64,000 nucleotides of DNA from an uncultured Verrucomicrobia subdivision 3 bacterium (GCA_903872345.1 CAIQKM010000157.1:10755-74754), one strand, 5' to 3'. Positions 28,147-37,903 are shown, counted from the stretch's first letter. Notes: generated by a model from the letters alone, not told the origin. Translations and numbers: made by a program.

Positions 28147-30849
28147 ATGAAAAAATTATTCATCAAAACGGGTATCACGGCCATGCTGGCGCTGTTCGCC
28201 GGCCTGGGCCTCAATGTCTGTCAGGCAACGATGACGGTGCAAAGTCTGAATGGCGCCGTAACGGCCACGGAAATCAGTTCGTTCGAGAGTTTCATGGCCG
28301 GCGAGGCGCCGCCGACCACCAACACCTACGACAACTCGCTGGCGGATGGCACCGCCGGGATGGAGGTGGAGTCATTGGGCATGATGTACGAGGTCACCAA
28401 TGACCCGGTGCTGCTGAACCAGATGATCCAGTATGCCGACCAGTTTCTGGCTTTGCGCAACGATACGAACACGGGGCGCGTGATGTGGACGGGCAACCGC
28501 GAGCCGGTCTGGCTGACCAAGCCAGCGGGAACGGAGGCGGGTTATGCGGGGTGTGAAAACAACGACATTGTCGGTCACATCGCCTATTGCGCCAAACTCA
28601 TTTTGGAAACGCCGGCGGTCTGGAATACCACGGTTCCGGACGGTAATCCGTTTGGCTATGGGACGACCTATTATGACCGCGCGGAAACCTATCTCACGCA
28701 GATGGAGGTGACGGAAAACAATTACATGCTGAAATGGTTCATCAATCCGACGAACAGCCAGATCATTGCGCCCACCAATGCCGCCTGGACCGCCTTTGGC
28801 GAGAGTGTCAACGCCTGGAACCGGCAGATGATGTTCATGAACGGCTTCCAGCGGATTTCGGAATGTCATCAACTGCTGGGCGACAACCCGGCCAAGGTGG
28901 CGCAATACGATGCGATTGTGCAGGCGGCGATGAACTGGTTTGTGAGCGGACTGACGCCCTATACGACGAACGGGTATCCGGTGTATAACTGGGATTATGC
29001 GCCCGGGAGCGGCGGCAGCGAGGATCTGAGCCTGCATGCGGATTATGACATGTGGGGCGTGAACCGCGCCTATCTGAGCGGCCGTTATACGAACTTGCCG
29101 GCGTCCACCATGATTCCGTTTGCGAACACGCTCCAGTATGTGATTTATCAGGGCAACAACACCTTTGCCGACTGGGTCTCGGGCGATGCCTCCAGCACCC
29201 GCAACTATATTTATCCGGCGTGGACCCTGGTCGGGAATTTCAATCCCAAGACCTATTACACCACTTCGAGCGCCAACATTGCGCACGGATCGCAGGGCAA
29301 CACGGCCATATATGACGCGTTCATTCTCTGGGTCAAAAATGCCCGCTACCTGGGCTCGTTTGCGAACAACACGAATTCGGCGGACTACACGGTGCTCGCG
29401 CCGTGGCAGCAGGTTCTTTATGCCGGGAGCAGCACCAATTGCAAAGTAACGGTGAGTCCTTTGGATGGGTTCAGCAGCAGCGTGACGTTGGGGACGGGCG
29501 GGCTGCCTTCAGGCGTGACGGCGAGCTTCAGCCCGGCGTCCGTTAGCGGCGGTTCGGGCACTTCCACGCTGACCCTGTCCGCATCCGGTTCGACGGCGAG
29601 CGGCATTTATTCGCTCGGTTCCGTGACCATCACCGGCAGCGGCGGTTCGATAGCGCGCACGTCGCCGCTGACGCTGATCGTGCCGGCGACGCCCGGTTTC
29701 TCGATTTCGGCCGCGCCCGCCTCGCAAAACATCACGATTGGCGGCAGCACCAGTTATACGGTGACGGTGGGCAGCCTCAATGGATTTGGCGGCACGGTGG
29801 CGTTGAGCGTGAGCGGATTGCCCGCACATGCCGGCGGCAGTTTTAGTCCCGCCTCCATCACGGGCGGTGCCGGTTCCTCCACCCTGAATATCACCACGGC
29901 CACGAATACGCCGAACGGCACTTCCACCCTGACCATTACCGGCGTCAGCGGCACCCTGACCAACACGGCCACGGTGAGCCTGGTGCTCAATGATTTCACC
30001 ATCTCCGCCGCGCCCGCCGCGCAGACGGTCACCGCCGGCGGCGGCACGAATTTCACCGTGACGGTGGGCAACATCAATGGCTTCGCCGGCACGGTCAATC
30101 TGAGCGCGGGCGGATTGCCGGCCGGGGCGACGGCCAGTTTTAATCCGACTTCGATCACGAGTTTGGGCAACTCGACCCTGACGATCACGACCACCAATAC
30201 GATGGCCGCCAGCACCAATGCGCTCACCATCACCGGGATCAGCGGCACGCTCCAGCATAGTGCCGGGGTGAGTTTGGTCATCAATGCGGCGGTTCCCAGC
30301 CTGCCGTCCGGGTGGTCGGATTCGGATATTGGTGCGGTCGGGTTGGCGGGCGGCGCTTCATACAGCAGCGGCGTGTTTACCGTTCAGGGGAGCGGGGCGG
30401 ATATTTATGGAACGAACGATGAATTCAACTTCTGCCGGGAACTGGCGACGAATAATTTCACCGTCACCGCCCGGGTGGCCAGCCAGAGCAGCGCGAATGC
30501 GTGGTCCAAATCCGGCGTGATGATTCGCGGGGTGAACACCACCAATTCAGCTTACATCGGGGTCTATATCACGCCCGGCAACGGCGTGGACATGCAATGC
30601 CGCACAGTCAACGGGGCGGCGGCCGTGGACATGGCCCGGGTGGGCGGCGTAGCGGCACCGTATTGGGTGCGGCTGGTGCGTTCCGGGAGCACGTTCACCG
30701 GGTATTGCTCGCCGGACGGGAGCACGTGGACGACGGTCAGTTCCACGAACATCTCCATGGCCGCGAGCGTGCGCGTGGGACTGCCGGTGTGTTCCCATGA
30801 CAATACGCAGCTCAACACCTCCACCTTTGACAATGTGACGGTTCAATAG
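28147..30849 (+). CDS. Secreted protein: unknown ~420 aa N-terminal domain + 3 Ig-like repeats + C-terminal ConA-like (DUF1349-like) domain
   Basis: Signal peptide MKKLFIKTGITAMLALFAGLGLNVCQA. The N-terminal domain is paralogous to 30933..32726. Three ~95 aa repeats (29419..30284) follow the pattern V.V..LNGF.G.V.L...GLP.G....F.P.S.T. The C-terminal 150 aa (SGWSDSDIGAVGLAGGASYSSGVFTVQGSGADIYG...WSKSGVMIR...YWVRLVRSGSTFTGYCSPDGSTW) resembles the ConA-like domain common at the ends of bacterial glycosidases. Confidence 0.85.
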   Translation: MKKLFIKTGITAMLALFAGLGLNVCQATMTVQSLNGAVTATEISSFESFMAGEAPPTTNTYDNSLADGTAGMEVESLGMMYEVTNDPVLLNQMIQYADQFLALRNDTNTGRVMWTGNREPVWLTKPAGTEAGYAGCENNDIVGHIAYCAKLILETPAVWNTTVPDGNPFGYGTTYYDRAETYLTQMEVTENNYMLKWFINPTNSQIIAPTNAAWTAFGESVNAWNRQMMFMNGFQRISECHQLLGDNPAKVAQYDAIVQAAMNWFVSGLTPYTTNGYPVYNWDYAPGSGGSEDLSLHADYDMWGVNRAYLSGRYTNLPASTMIPFANTLQYVIYQGNNTFADWVSGDASSTRNYIYPAWTLVGNFNPKTYYTTSSANIAHGSQGNTAIYDAFILWVKNARYLGSFANNTNSADYTVLAPWQQVLYAGSSTNCKVTVSPLDGFSSSVTLGTGGLPSGVTASFSPASVSGGSGTSTLTLSASGSTASGIYSLGSVTITGSGGSIARTSPLTLIVPATPGFSISAAPASQNITIGGSTSYTVTVGSLNGFGGTVALSVSGLPAHAGGSFSPASITGGAGSSTLNITTATNTPNGTSTLTITGVSGTLTNTATVSLVLNDFTISAAPAAQTVTAGGGTNFTVTVGNINGFAGTVNLSAGGLPAGATASFNPTSITSLGNSTLTITTTNTMAASTNALTITGISGTLQHSAGVSLVINAAVPSLPSGWSDSDIGAVGLAGGASYSSGVFTVQGSGADIYGTNDEFNFCRELATNNFTVTARVASQSSANAWSKSGVMIRGVNTTNSAYIGVYITPGNGVDMQCRTVNGAAAVDMARVGGVAAPYWVRLVRSGSTFTGYCSPDGSTWTTVSSTNISMAASVRVGLPVCSHDNTQLNTSTFDNVTVQ

Positions 30850-30875
30850 CATTAACCATGCGGGTGTTTACCAAC

Positions 30876-30903
30876 AGCCGGGGCGCGGTCACGCGCCCCG
30901 GCT
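30876..30903 (+). other. Perfect 12 bp GC hairpin between the two paralogs (attenuator/terminator candidate)
   Basis: agccggggcgcg (30876..30887) pairs with cgcgccccggct (30892..30903), with the loop gtca. A third segment, gcgccccggcc (30914..30924), could pair with the left arm instead. Confidence 0.35.
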
Positions 30904-30932
30904 TGATGTTGAAGCGCCCCGGCCAGTTGAAC

Positions 30933-32726
30933 ATGCCTGTAATGAGAATTTTTTTGCGTTTAACCGGTGGCTGCCTGCTATTTGGGTTGCTGCTGGCAAC
31001 CGGGCGGGCGGGCATGACCTTGCAAAGCCTTTACGGCGCGGTGACGGCTACGGAAACGGCTTCCTTTAAAACTTTCATGGCCGGGGAAACGCCGCCGGCG
31101 GGCCAGACCTATGACAACACCATCGCCGATGGCACCGCCGGGATGGAGGCGGAGGCGCTGGGGCTGATGTACGAGGTCACAAATGATTCCGCCGGTCTGA
31201 GCCAGATGATCCAGTATGCCGACCGCTTTTTGGCTTTGCGCAATGACACCAACACGGGCACGGTCATGTGGGACGGCAAGCGCGAGCCGGTCTGGCTCAC
31301 CAAGCCGCCGACCAACAGCGACGGCAGCGTGAACAGTCAGGCCGGCTATGCCGGGTGCGAGAATAATGGCATTGTCGGGCACATCGCCTATTGTGCGAAA
31401 CTGATTTTGGAAAGTCCCTGGCTTTGGAATGCCACCGTTCCCGGCGGCGATCCTTACACCAACGGGCCGACGTATATTCAACGGGCGGAGACGTACATCA
31501 CCCAGATGGACCGGGTGCAGGATGCCTACATGCTGAAATGGTTTATCAATACGAATAACTATCAGATTACTGCGCCGACCAATGCGGCGTGGACGGCGGA
31601 GGGGCAAAGTGTGACGGCTTACAACCGGCAGATGATGTTTCTCAACGGATTCCAGCGGCTGTCCGAGTGTCATCAACTGCTGGGGGACAGTCCGACGCGG
31701 GTGGCCGAATATGATGCCATTGTAATAGCCGTGATGAACGGTTTTATCGCCTCGCTGCAGCCGTACGCGACGAACGGCGTTTCGGTTTACAACTGGACGT
31801 ACGCGCCGGGCAGCGGCGGGAGCGAGGATAATACGCTGCATTCCACGTATGACCTGTGGGGCGTTACGCGGGCCTGGGCCAGCGGACGTTATGGCCTGGG
31901 CCATGCCGCGCTGGTTCCGTTTGCGAATACGCTCCAGTACGTGATGAATGTCGCGACCAACCACATCTCCTACTACGTCAACGGCACCAGCAGTCCGAAC
32001 AGCGCGCGCAATTTCATCTATCCGGGCTGGCTGCCGGTGGCGAATTTCGGAGCGTCCACCTATGCCATCATGGCAAATATGAACATTGCGCAAGGTTCGC
32101 CGGCCAGCACGGCCATTTTTGACGCCTTAAATCTCTGGGTGAAAAACGCCCGGTTCACGGGCGTTTACCCGACCAATAATACGTCGCCGGACTTCACGGT
32201 TTCAACGCCGTGGGGGCAGACGGTTTATGCGGGCGGAAGCGTTACCGGCATGGTGACCTTGAATGGGTTGAACGGCTTTGCGGGAACGGTCACGCTGGGA
32301 GCGGGTCATTTGCCGGCGGGTGTGACGGCCGGTTTTAATCCGGCGGTCATCACCAACGGGACGGGCGCATCCGTGCTTACGCTCACGGCGGCCACATCGG
32401 CGGCGGGCGGGATTTTTGCACTGACCAACGGCGTGACAATTTTGGGAACCAATGGCGTGGGCGTCCGCAGCGCGCCCGTTGCCCTGGCGGTCATCCCGCC
32501 GCCGGCCATCCGCAAGGCGCTGCGGAACGGAACGAATTACACCTTCACCGGCACCAACGGGATTCCGGGGCGGACTTGCGTGGTGCTGATGTCCACGAAT
32601 CCGGCGCTGCCCCGGACCGGCTGGACGCCGCTCGCGACGAACACCTTTGACGTCACCGGCAAATTTCTGTTCACCAACTCCGCCGGGTCGGGTTTGCGCC
32701 AGTTTTACCGGCTGCAAGCGCCGTGA
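30933..32726 (+). CDS. Secreted protein: paralog of the unknown N-terminal domain of 28147..30849 + 1 Ig-like repeat + FYR-type C-terminal module
   Basis: ATG 30933 (or 30942) gives MPVMRIFLRLTGGCLLFGLLLATGRAG. Long collinear identity with 28147..30849 includes GAVTATE..SF..FMAGE.PP...TYDN..ADGTAGME.E.LG.MYEVTND, MIQYAD.FLALRNDTNTG.VMW.G.REPVWLTKP, AGYAGCENN.IVGHIAYCAKLILE and RQMMF.NGFQR.SECHQLLGD. The tail is GLRQFYRLQAP. Confidence 0.85.
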   Translation: MPVMRIFLRLTGGCLLFGLLLATGRAGMTLQSLYGAVTATETASFKTFMAGETPPAGQTYDNTIADGTAGMEAEALGLMYEVTNDSAGLSQMIQYADRFLALRNDTNTGTVMWDGKREPVWLTKPPTNSDGSVNSQAGYAGCENNGIVGHIAYCAKLILESPWLWNATVPGGDPYTNGPTYIQRAETYITQMDRVQDAYMLKWFINTNNYQITAPTNAAWTAEGQSVTAYNRQMMFLNGFQRLSECHQLLGDSPTRVAEYDAIVIAVMNGFIASLQPYATNGVSVYNWTYAPGSGGSEDNTLHSTYDLWGVTRAWASGRYGLGHAALVPFANTLQYVMNVATNHISYYVNGTSSPNSARNFIYPGWLPVANFGASTYAIMANMNIAQGSPASTAIFDALNLWVKNARFTGVYPTNNTSPDFTVSTPWGQTVYAGGSVTGMVTLNGLNGFAGTVTLGAGHLPAGVTAGFNPAVITNGTGASVLTLTAATSAAGGIFALTNGVTILGTNGVGVRSAPVALAVIPPPAIRKALRNGTNYTFTGTNGIPGRTCVVLMSTNPALPRTGWTPLATNTFDVTGKFLFTNSAGSGLRQFYRLQAP

Positions 32727-33893
32727 CTATTTTTCCGCCAACTGCTGTTCCAGCCAGGGGCCGACGGCAGCGGCCCATAACTGGCCGTGACGTTGCAATC
32801 CCCGGGCGTTGAAATGAATGCCCCGGCCGTTGTTCTGGCGGAATTCGGGGCCGAGCTGGTCGGTGGCGGGGCCGGCCAGGGCCAGACCATCCGTGACGAG
32901 CGATTTTTGGGCGGCGCAGAGTTCGGGGGTGCTTTGGTCATCCGGCGTATGATAGCTCACCTGGGCGACGAACCACGGGACGCGCCAACCGGCGGCGGTG
33001 CGCGAGGATTCGATGACACGTTGGAGATACCGGCGGTATTGGGCAGGCGTGATTTCGCGGTCCGGCGGCTGGCGGGAATCGGATTCGCCCTGATGCCAGA
33101 GCAGGGCGCGGAAGCCGCCGGGGCCGAAGAATTTTTCGGCGGTGACAATTTTATCGAACAAGGTGCCGGTGCAGACCCACTGGTTGGAGCCGGTGGTGAC
33201 GGTGTTCATGCCCGTGGTGGGCGGAGCGGCCATGGCGTCGCCGGCGGGCAGCCATTCGCGCACGCTGGTGGAACCGACCCCCAAGGCGACGAGCCCGACG
33301 GGCACCTGAAAGCGGGCGGCCATGGCATCCCCAAAAGCGGGCATAAAACTGCCGCCTTTGCCGCTGGCGCCAGGCTCGGGATCACGGGCGGGCTGCCAGT
33401 GGCCATCCAGAATGCTGTAAGCGACGACGAGCGGACTTTGGGCCGACTGTTTTTCTTCGCCGTGATTGGCGGAATTGGACTGGCCGGCGACCAGAAAAAT
33501 TTCACCAATGCCGACATGTTCCACGGTGTCGGTCCAAGCCACGAGACCCGGGCCGGCGAGGCGGATTTCGAGCCGGTACCAGCCGCCGGCCGGGGTGGGC
33601 AGTTCACCGCGAAAGCGCCGGACCCGGTTATCAAAGGGCAGGGGAACCCAGTTGTTAGTGGCGGTATCACTGATGAGCCGCGCTTCGAGCCGGTCGAGAT
33701 TGGTCAAGGCGGCGTGGCCTTGCACCTCGAGTTGGCCGGCGATAAGGATGGCGCCGGCGGCCTTGGTCTGCCGTTGAAACACCTGGTAATCGAGCGGGGA
33801 GGACAGGGTGATCTTGAGCGCGTCAGCGGAATCGGACTGCGCGCCGGCAGTGACCAGCAAGGAGCCAAGGAACAGGATCAACAGGGCTTTCAT
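32727..33893 (-). CDS. SGNH/sialate-O-acetylesterase-like carbohydrate esterase (DUF303-like)
   Basis: This is the 3' 388 codons of the 985-aa ORF track entry. ATG 33893 gives the signal peptide MKALLILFLGSLLVTAGAQS. EIFLVAGQSNSANHGE (GQSN block) and ALLWHQGESD match the SASA/DUF303 pattern. Confidence 0.85.
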   Translation of the reverse strand: MKALLILFLGSLLVTAGAQSDSADALKITLSSPLDYQVFQRQTKAAGAILIAGQLEVQGHAALTNLDRLEARLISDTATNNWVPLPFDNRVRRFRGELPTPAGGWYRLEIRLAGPGLVAWTDTVEHVGIGEIFLVAGQSNSANHGEEKQSAQSPLVVAYSILDGHWQPARDPEPGASGKGGSFMPAFGDAMAARFQVPVGLVALGVGSTSVREWLPAGDAMAAPPTTGMNTVTTGSNQWVCTGTLFDKIVTAEKFFGPGGFRALLWHQGESDSRQPPDREITPAQYRRYLQRVIESSRTAAGWRVPWFVAQVSYHTPDDQSTPELCAAQKSLVTDGLALAGPATDQLGPEFRQNNGRGIHFNARGLQRHGQLWAAAVGPWLEQQLAEK

Positions 33894-34034
33894 GGACGGA
33901 AGTCTAGCGGCGGGCGGCCAAGATTGCCATCGCCCGATTTCGCGTTTGACATTAATTCCAAAAATTTCCGGAAAACGTGCGCCGGTTTTTTTCCGTGGTT
34001 GAATGGGGGGATGAGCTGTGGCACTAATGAAGGA

Positions 34035-37000
34035 ATGCCATTTTTGCCGTCCCTCATCCGCCGGGTTTGCCTCTGGGCCCGGGTGCTGCTGCTGCTGGCG
34101 GCAGCCGGCGGGCGGCTGGCGGCGGACACTGCTCAGGATTACATGGTCAAGATCTGGAGCGTGGATGACGGCCTGCCGGAAAGCAGCATCAGCGACGTGA
34201 TCCAATCCCGGGACGGTTACCTCTGGGTGAGCACTCTGAACAGCGGACTGGCGCGTTTTGACGGGGTGCGGTTTGTGAATTTTGATGTGCCGTTTGCCTC
34301 GCAGTTTACGAGCGGCGGGGTGCGTCGTTTGTTTGCGGCGGAGGACGGGACGCTCTGGATCAATGGCTTTGGCAATTACGTGGCCAGCCTCCGGGGCGGA
34401 TCGTTTCAACTGGAAAACACGCAGCCGTCGGTTTTCAACTGGCTGGTCTGGCAAAAGGCCGGGCAGGTGGTGTTTGCCACGAAGGAGGGGCAGTTGCTCG
34501 CCGGCACGCCGACGGCCGGGACGAATTACACCTGGCACACCATGCTGGCGCCCGGCGCGGGTGAAAACGCCCGTTTTTTTGCGGATGCTGGGGGCGGTTT
34601 TTGGTATCGCCGGGCGGATGGACAGTTGGCGCGGATAACGGGGACCGAAGCCGGTGTGATGCCGCTGCCCGCCGGGGGTGCCGGCATTATGGCGCTGACC
34701 GGCGACAATCAGCAACGGATCGCGGTGGCCAGTGCCAACGGCCTGTTCGTCTGGTCGGGCGACAAATTTCAAGAGGCGACGCCGATCAATGGTGAACCAG
34801 GTTTCACGGCCCATGGGATCGTATCCGACGGCCGGGGCGGCTGGTGGGTGGAAGTGAACAATCGGCTGCGGCGCTGCCATGACCGTCAGTGGATTGCGGA
34901 GGCAACCGACTGGCGCAAACAGCGGCGCACGTGGTCCAAAGTCCGCTGGGAGCAGCCGGACGCCAATGGCGGGCTGTGGCGGGCTTATACGGATGGCGGG
35001 GTGGTTCACGTGGACCCGGCGGGCAAACTTTCGGCGCTGACCGCCGATGACGGGCTGCCCAGCAACCGGGTGCGGACGTTGACCCAGGATCGGGATGGCA
35101 ATGTCTGGGCGAGTTTTGAACGGGGCGGGGTGGTGCGCATCCGGCCGCGGTTGTTCCAGTCGGTTGGACGGGCGGAAGGGCTGGCGGATTCGGTGACCAC
35201 TTCGGTTTGCGAGGATGCGCGGGGGGCGGTGTGGATTGGCACGTTGAGCGGGGCGGTCAGTTGCTGGAATCAGGGCGTGTGCCGCAATTTCACGCTGCCG
35301 CTGGAGGGCACGCATTGCGAAATGTCCACGGTGTTTCCCGATTCCGGGGGCCGGATCTGGGTTGGCACGCATGGCAACGGCTTGCTGGTCTATGAGGATG
35401 GCCAGTTCCGGCATGTGCTCTCGCTTGGCCAGGTGGGGGTGAACATCCGGGGGATTTTTGTGAGTCGTGACGGCCGGGTCTGGATTGCGAGCCAGGACGG
35501 ATTGTATTGTCTGGCGAACGGCGAAGTGCGGCGGGTGCAGACCCCGCGATCGGAGGCGGATTACCCCGTGGCGCTGGCGGAAGGCGCGGACGGAGTGATC
35601 TGGGTGGCGCTGAACACGGGAGTGCTGATGAAATATGCCGGCGGGCAGATCACCGCCTATCAGCCGGAGGAGGCCGCCCTGCACAGCCGGTTTTCCGCCG
35701 TGTGTGTGGATTCACCGGGCACGGTTTGGGTGGGGACGCTGGGGGCGGGGCTGCTGCGGTTTCAAGCCGGTCATTTTACGGCCATCACCAAACGGGACGG
35801 GTTGCCAACCGACAACATTTCCCAGGTGATCGACGATGCGGCGGGCGGATTATGGCTGGGATCGCCCGCCGGGATCATTGCCGTGCGCAAAGAATTTTTA
35901 AATGGCCGGGATGGAAATGCGGTGGGTCGTGTTTTTGGGCGGGATGACGGTTTGCCCACGGTGGGGTGCGCCACGGCATCACAACCAACCGTCTGGCGGG
36001 GCCGGGAGGGAAGGCTGTGGTTTGCAACCGCCAACGGCCTGACCAGTGTGCAGCCGGGAAATACCCAAACGAGACAGAGTCCCCCGGCGGTGTTGCTGGA
36101 GGAAGTGCGGATCGACGGGCAGCCGGCCGGGGCGGTCGCCGAGGGGAAACCGCTGCCGGCCGGGGCAACGCTCCGGTTGAGCCCGGGCCGCCACCAGCTT
36201 GAATTCCGTTACACCGGATTAAGTTTCACCGCCCCCGAGCGAATCCGGTTCAAGTATATGCTGGAGGGGTTGGATGGCGTCTGGGTGGATAACCAGTCTG
36301 ACCGGACCGTGAGTTATCATGACGTGCCGCCGGGCGAATACCGTTTCCGGGTGAATGCCTGCAACAGTGATGGCCACTGGTCGGCGGCGGAGGCCACCGT
36401 GGCGTTGGTGCTGCCGCCCCATGTCTGGGAAACGGCTTGGTTCCGGCTGACGGCCCTGGCGGCGAGCCTGCTGCTGGTGGCGGGTTCGGTGTTCTGGATC
36501 TCGCAGTTGCGCCACCGCCGGCAACTGCTGGTCTTGCGGCAGCAGCAGGCGCTGGAACGCGAGCGCACGCGGATTGCCCAGGATATTCATGATGATCTCG
36601 GGGCGAGCCTGACGCGCATCACGATGCTGAGCCAGTCGGCGTTGAACAAACCGGAGTCCGCCGCGCCGGCCGGCGAAGTGAAACGCATTTATGCGACGGC
36701 CCGGGCCATGACCAACGCGATGGATGAGATCGTCTGGGCGATCAATCCGCGGCATGATTCGATTGAAAGCGTGGCGGCCTATTTTGCCGATTTCACGGAG
36801 GAGTTTCTGAGTCCTGCGGGATTGCGGTTCCGGATTGATATTCCGCTGCAGTTGCCGGCGTGGTCCATCAATGCGGAAGTGCGGCACAACCTCTTCCTCG
36901 CCTTCAAGGAAGCCATGAACAATGTGGTCAAACATGCGCAGGCCAGCGAGGTGGCCGTGGTTTTGGAAGTGCGGCCGAACGGGTTTGTGCTGTCGGTGAG

Positions 37001-37184
37001 CGACAATGGCCGGGGTTTTGCAGCGCCGGCGCCGGCGCCACCGGGGTCGGCGGCGGTCGCGGCCCGGGGCAACGGGTTGAACAACATGCGCCGCCGGCTG
37101 GAAGAGCTCGGCGGTCGCTGTGTCATTGCCAGCGTTCCCGGCCAGGGCACGCAGGTGCGGTTTGAAATGGATGTGCGCGCATGA
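34035..37184 (+). CDS. Sensor histidine kinase with periplasmic beta-propeller repeats + Y_Y_Y domain, HisKA_3 + HATPase_c
   Basis: The real gene is the 3' part of ORF 32787..37184. ATG 34035 (MPFLPSLIRRVCLWARVLLLLAAAGG) or 34011 is the start. It has propeller blades (DGYLWVST, DGTLWING, GAVWIGT, GRIWVGT, ...). The Y_Y_Y block is FKYMLEGLDGVWVDNQSDRTVSYHDVPPGEYRFRVNA, followed by the TM helix WFRLTALAASLLLVAGSVFWI. The H-box is RTRIAQDIHDDLGASL, then the ATPase boxes. Confidence 0.88.
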   Translation: MPFLPSLIRRVCLWARVLLLLAAAGGRLAADTAQDYMVKIWSVDDGLPESSISDVIQSRDGYLWVSTLNSGLARFDGVRFVNFDVPFASQFTSGGVRRLFAAEDGTLWINGFGNYVASLRGGSFQLENTQPSVFNWLVWQKAGQVVFATKEGQLLAGTPTAGTNYTWHTMLAPGAGENARFFADAGGGFWYRRADGQLARITGTEAGVMPLPAGGAGIMALTGDNQQRIAVASANGLFVWSGDKFQEATPINGEPGFTAHGIVSDGRGGWWVEVNNRLRRCHDRQWIAEATDWRKQRRTWSKVRWEQPDANGGLWRAYTDGGVVHVDPAGKLSALTADDGLPSNRVRTLTQDRDGNVWASFERGGVVRIRPRLFQSVGRAEGLADSVTTSVCEDARGAVWIGTLSGAVSCWNQGVCRNFTLPLEGTHCEMSTVFPDSGGRIWVGTHGNGLLVYEDGQFRHVLSLGQVGVNIRGIFVSRDGRVWIASQDGLYCLANGEVRRVQTPRSEADYPVALAEGADGVIWVALNTGVLMKYAGGQITAYQPEEAALHSRFSAVCVDSPGTVWVGTLGAGLLRFQAGHFTAITKRDGLPTDNISQVIDDAAGGLWLGSPAGIIAVRKEFLNGRDGNAVGRVFGRDDGLPTVGCATASQPTVWRGREGRLWFATANGLTSVQPGNTQTRQSPPAVLLEEVRIDGQPAGAVAEGKPLPAGATLRLSPGRHQLEFRYTGLSFTAPERIRFKYMLEGLDGVWVDNQSDRTVSYHDVPPGEYRFRVNACNSDGHWSAAEATVALVLPPHVWETAWFRLTALAASLLLVAGSVFWISQLRHRRQLLVLRQQQALERERTRIAQDIHDDLGASLTRITMLSQSALNKPESAAPAGEVKRIYATARAMTNAMDEIVWAINPRHDSIESVAAYFADFTEEFLSPAGLRFRIDIPLQLPAWSINAEVRHNLFLAFKEAMNNVVKHAQASEVAVVLEVRPNGFVLSVSDNGRGFAAPAPAPPGSAAVAARGNGLNNMRRRLEELGGRCVIASVPGQGTQVRFEMDVRA

Positions 37185-37903
37185 AAAAAACACCGTCAAA
37201 ATCGTCGGCCGTGTCCCCTGAAGGGGGGACAGGCCAGCCGGCCGCCGCTTCAACTACAGTAACGCCGATGGGAATCAATGTTTCCGTGGTTGAAGACGAT
37301 GCCGAAGCGCAGGAGATGCTGGCGGAGTGGCTGAATTCCACCCCGGGTTTTCGGTGTGTGAGCCGGCATGGCGACGGCATTGCGGCCGTGGCGGAACTGC
37401 CGGGCGTGCAGCCGGAGGTGGTGTTGATGGACATCAATCTGCCCGGATTGAAAGGGATTGAATGCGTGCGCCAGCTCAAGCCGAAGATGCCGCAGACACA
37501 ATTCCTGATGCTGACGGTTTACAGCGACACCAACTCCATTTTTCAGGCGCTGGAGGCCGGGGCGGTCGGTTATCTGCTCAAGCGCACGTCGCGGGATGAA
37601 CTGTTTGCCGCGCTGCGATTGGTGCAGGCGGGCGGTTCGCCGATCAGCAGCGGCATCGCCCGGTTGGTGGCCCAGGCCTTTCAGACGCCTCAGCCGGCGG
37701 CGGCCGAAAACGAGGCCCTGTCCGAACGCGAACGGCAGGTGCTGGACCTGCTCTCCCATGGCCATCCGGAAAAGCAGATTGCGGACCGTCTAAAAATCAG
37801 TCCGCATACGGTGCATACCTACATCCGGCGCATCTACGAGAAACTGCACGTTCATTCCCACGCGCAAGCCGTGGCGAAATACGCCGGGCAGACGCAATCC
37901 TGA
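37181..37903 (+). CDS. NarL/FixJ-family response regulator
   Basis: The start overlaps the kinase stop (ATGA at 37181..37184). VSVVEDD, PEVVLMDINLPGLKG, MLTVY and GYLLK are present, plus the HTH LSERERQVLDLLSHGHPEKQIADRLKISPHTVHTYIRRIYEKLHV. There is a ~30 aa N-terminal extension; an alternative start is MGINV. Confidence 0.9.
   Translation: MKKTPSKSSAVSPEGGTGQPAAASTTVTPMGINVSVVEDDAEAQEMLAEWLNSTPGFRCVSRHGDGIAAVAELPGVQPEVVLMDINLPGLKGIECVRQLKPKMPQTQFLMLTVYSDTNSIFQALEAGAVGYLLKRTSRDELFAALRLVQAGGSPISSGIARLVAQAFQTPQPAAAENEALSERERQVLDLLSHGHPEKQIADRLKISPHTVHTYIRRIYEKLHVHSHAQAVAKYAGQTQS

Noticed and set aside
32787-34010. The first ~408 codons of the 1465-aa plus-strand ORF, which would make a much longer kinase.
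   Set aside because: This part is antisense to the SGNH esterase gene (32727..33893) and has an antisense-like composition. The kinase homology, including the TM helix and first propeller blade, begins only after ATG 34011/34035.
33894-35684. The upstream ~597 codons of the 985-aa minus-strand ORF.
   Set aside because: This is an Arg/Pro-rich read-through antisense to the kinase gene. A clean signal peptide (MKALLILFLGSLLVTAGA) at ATG 33893 marks the real esterase start.
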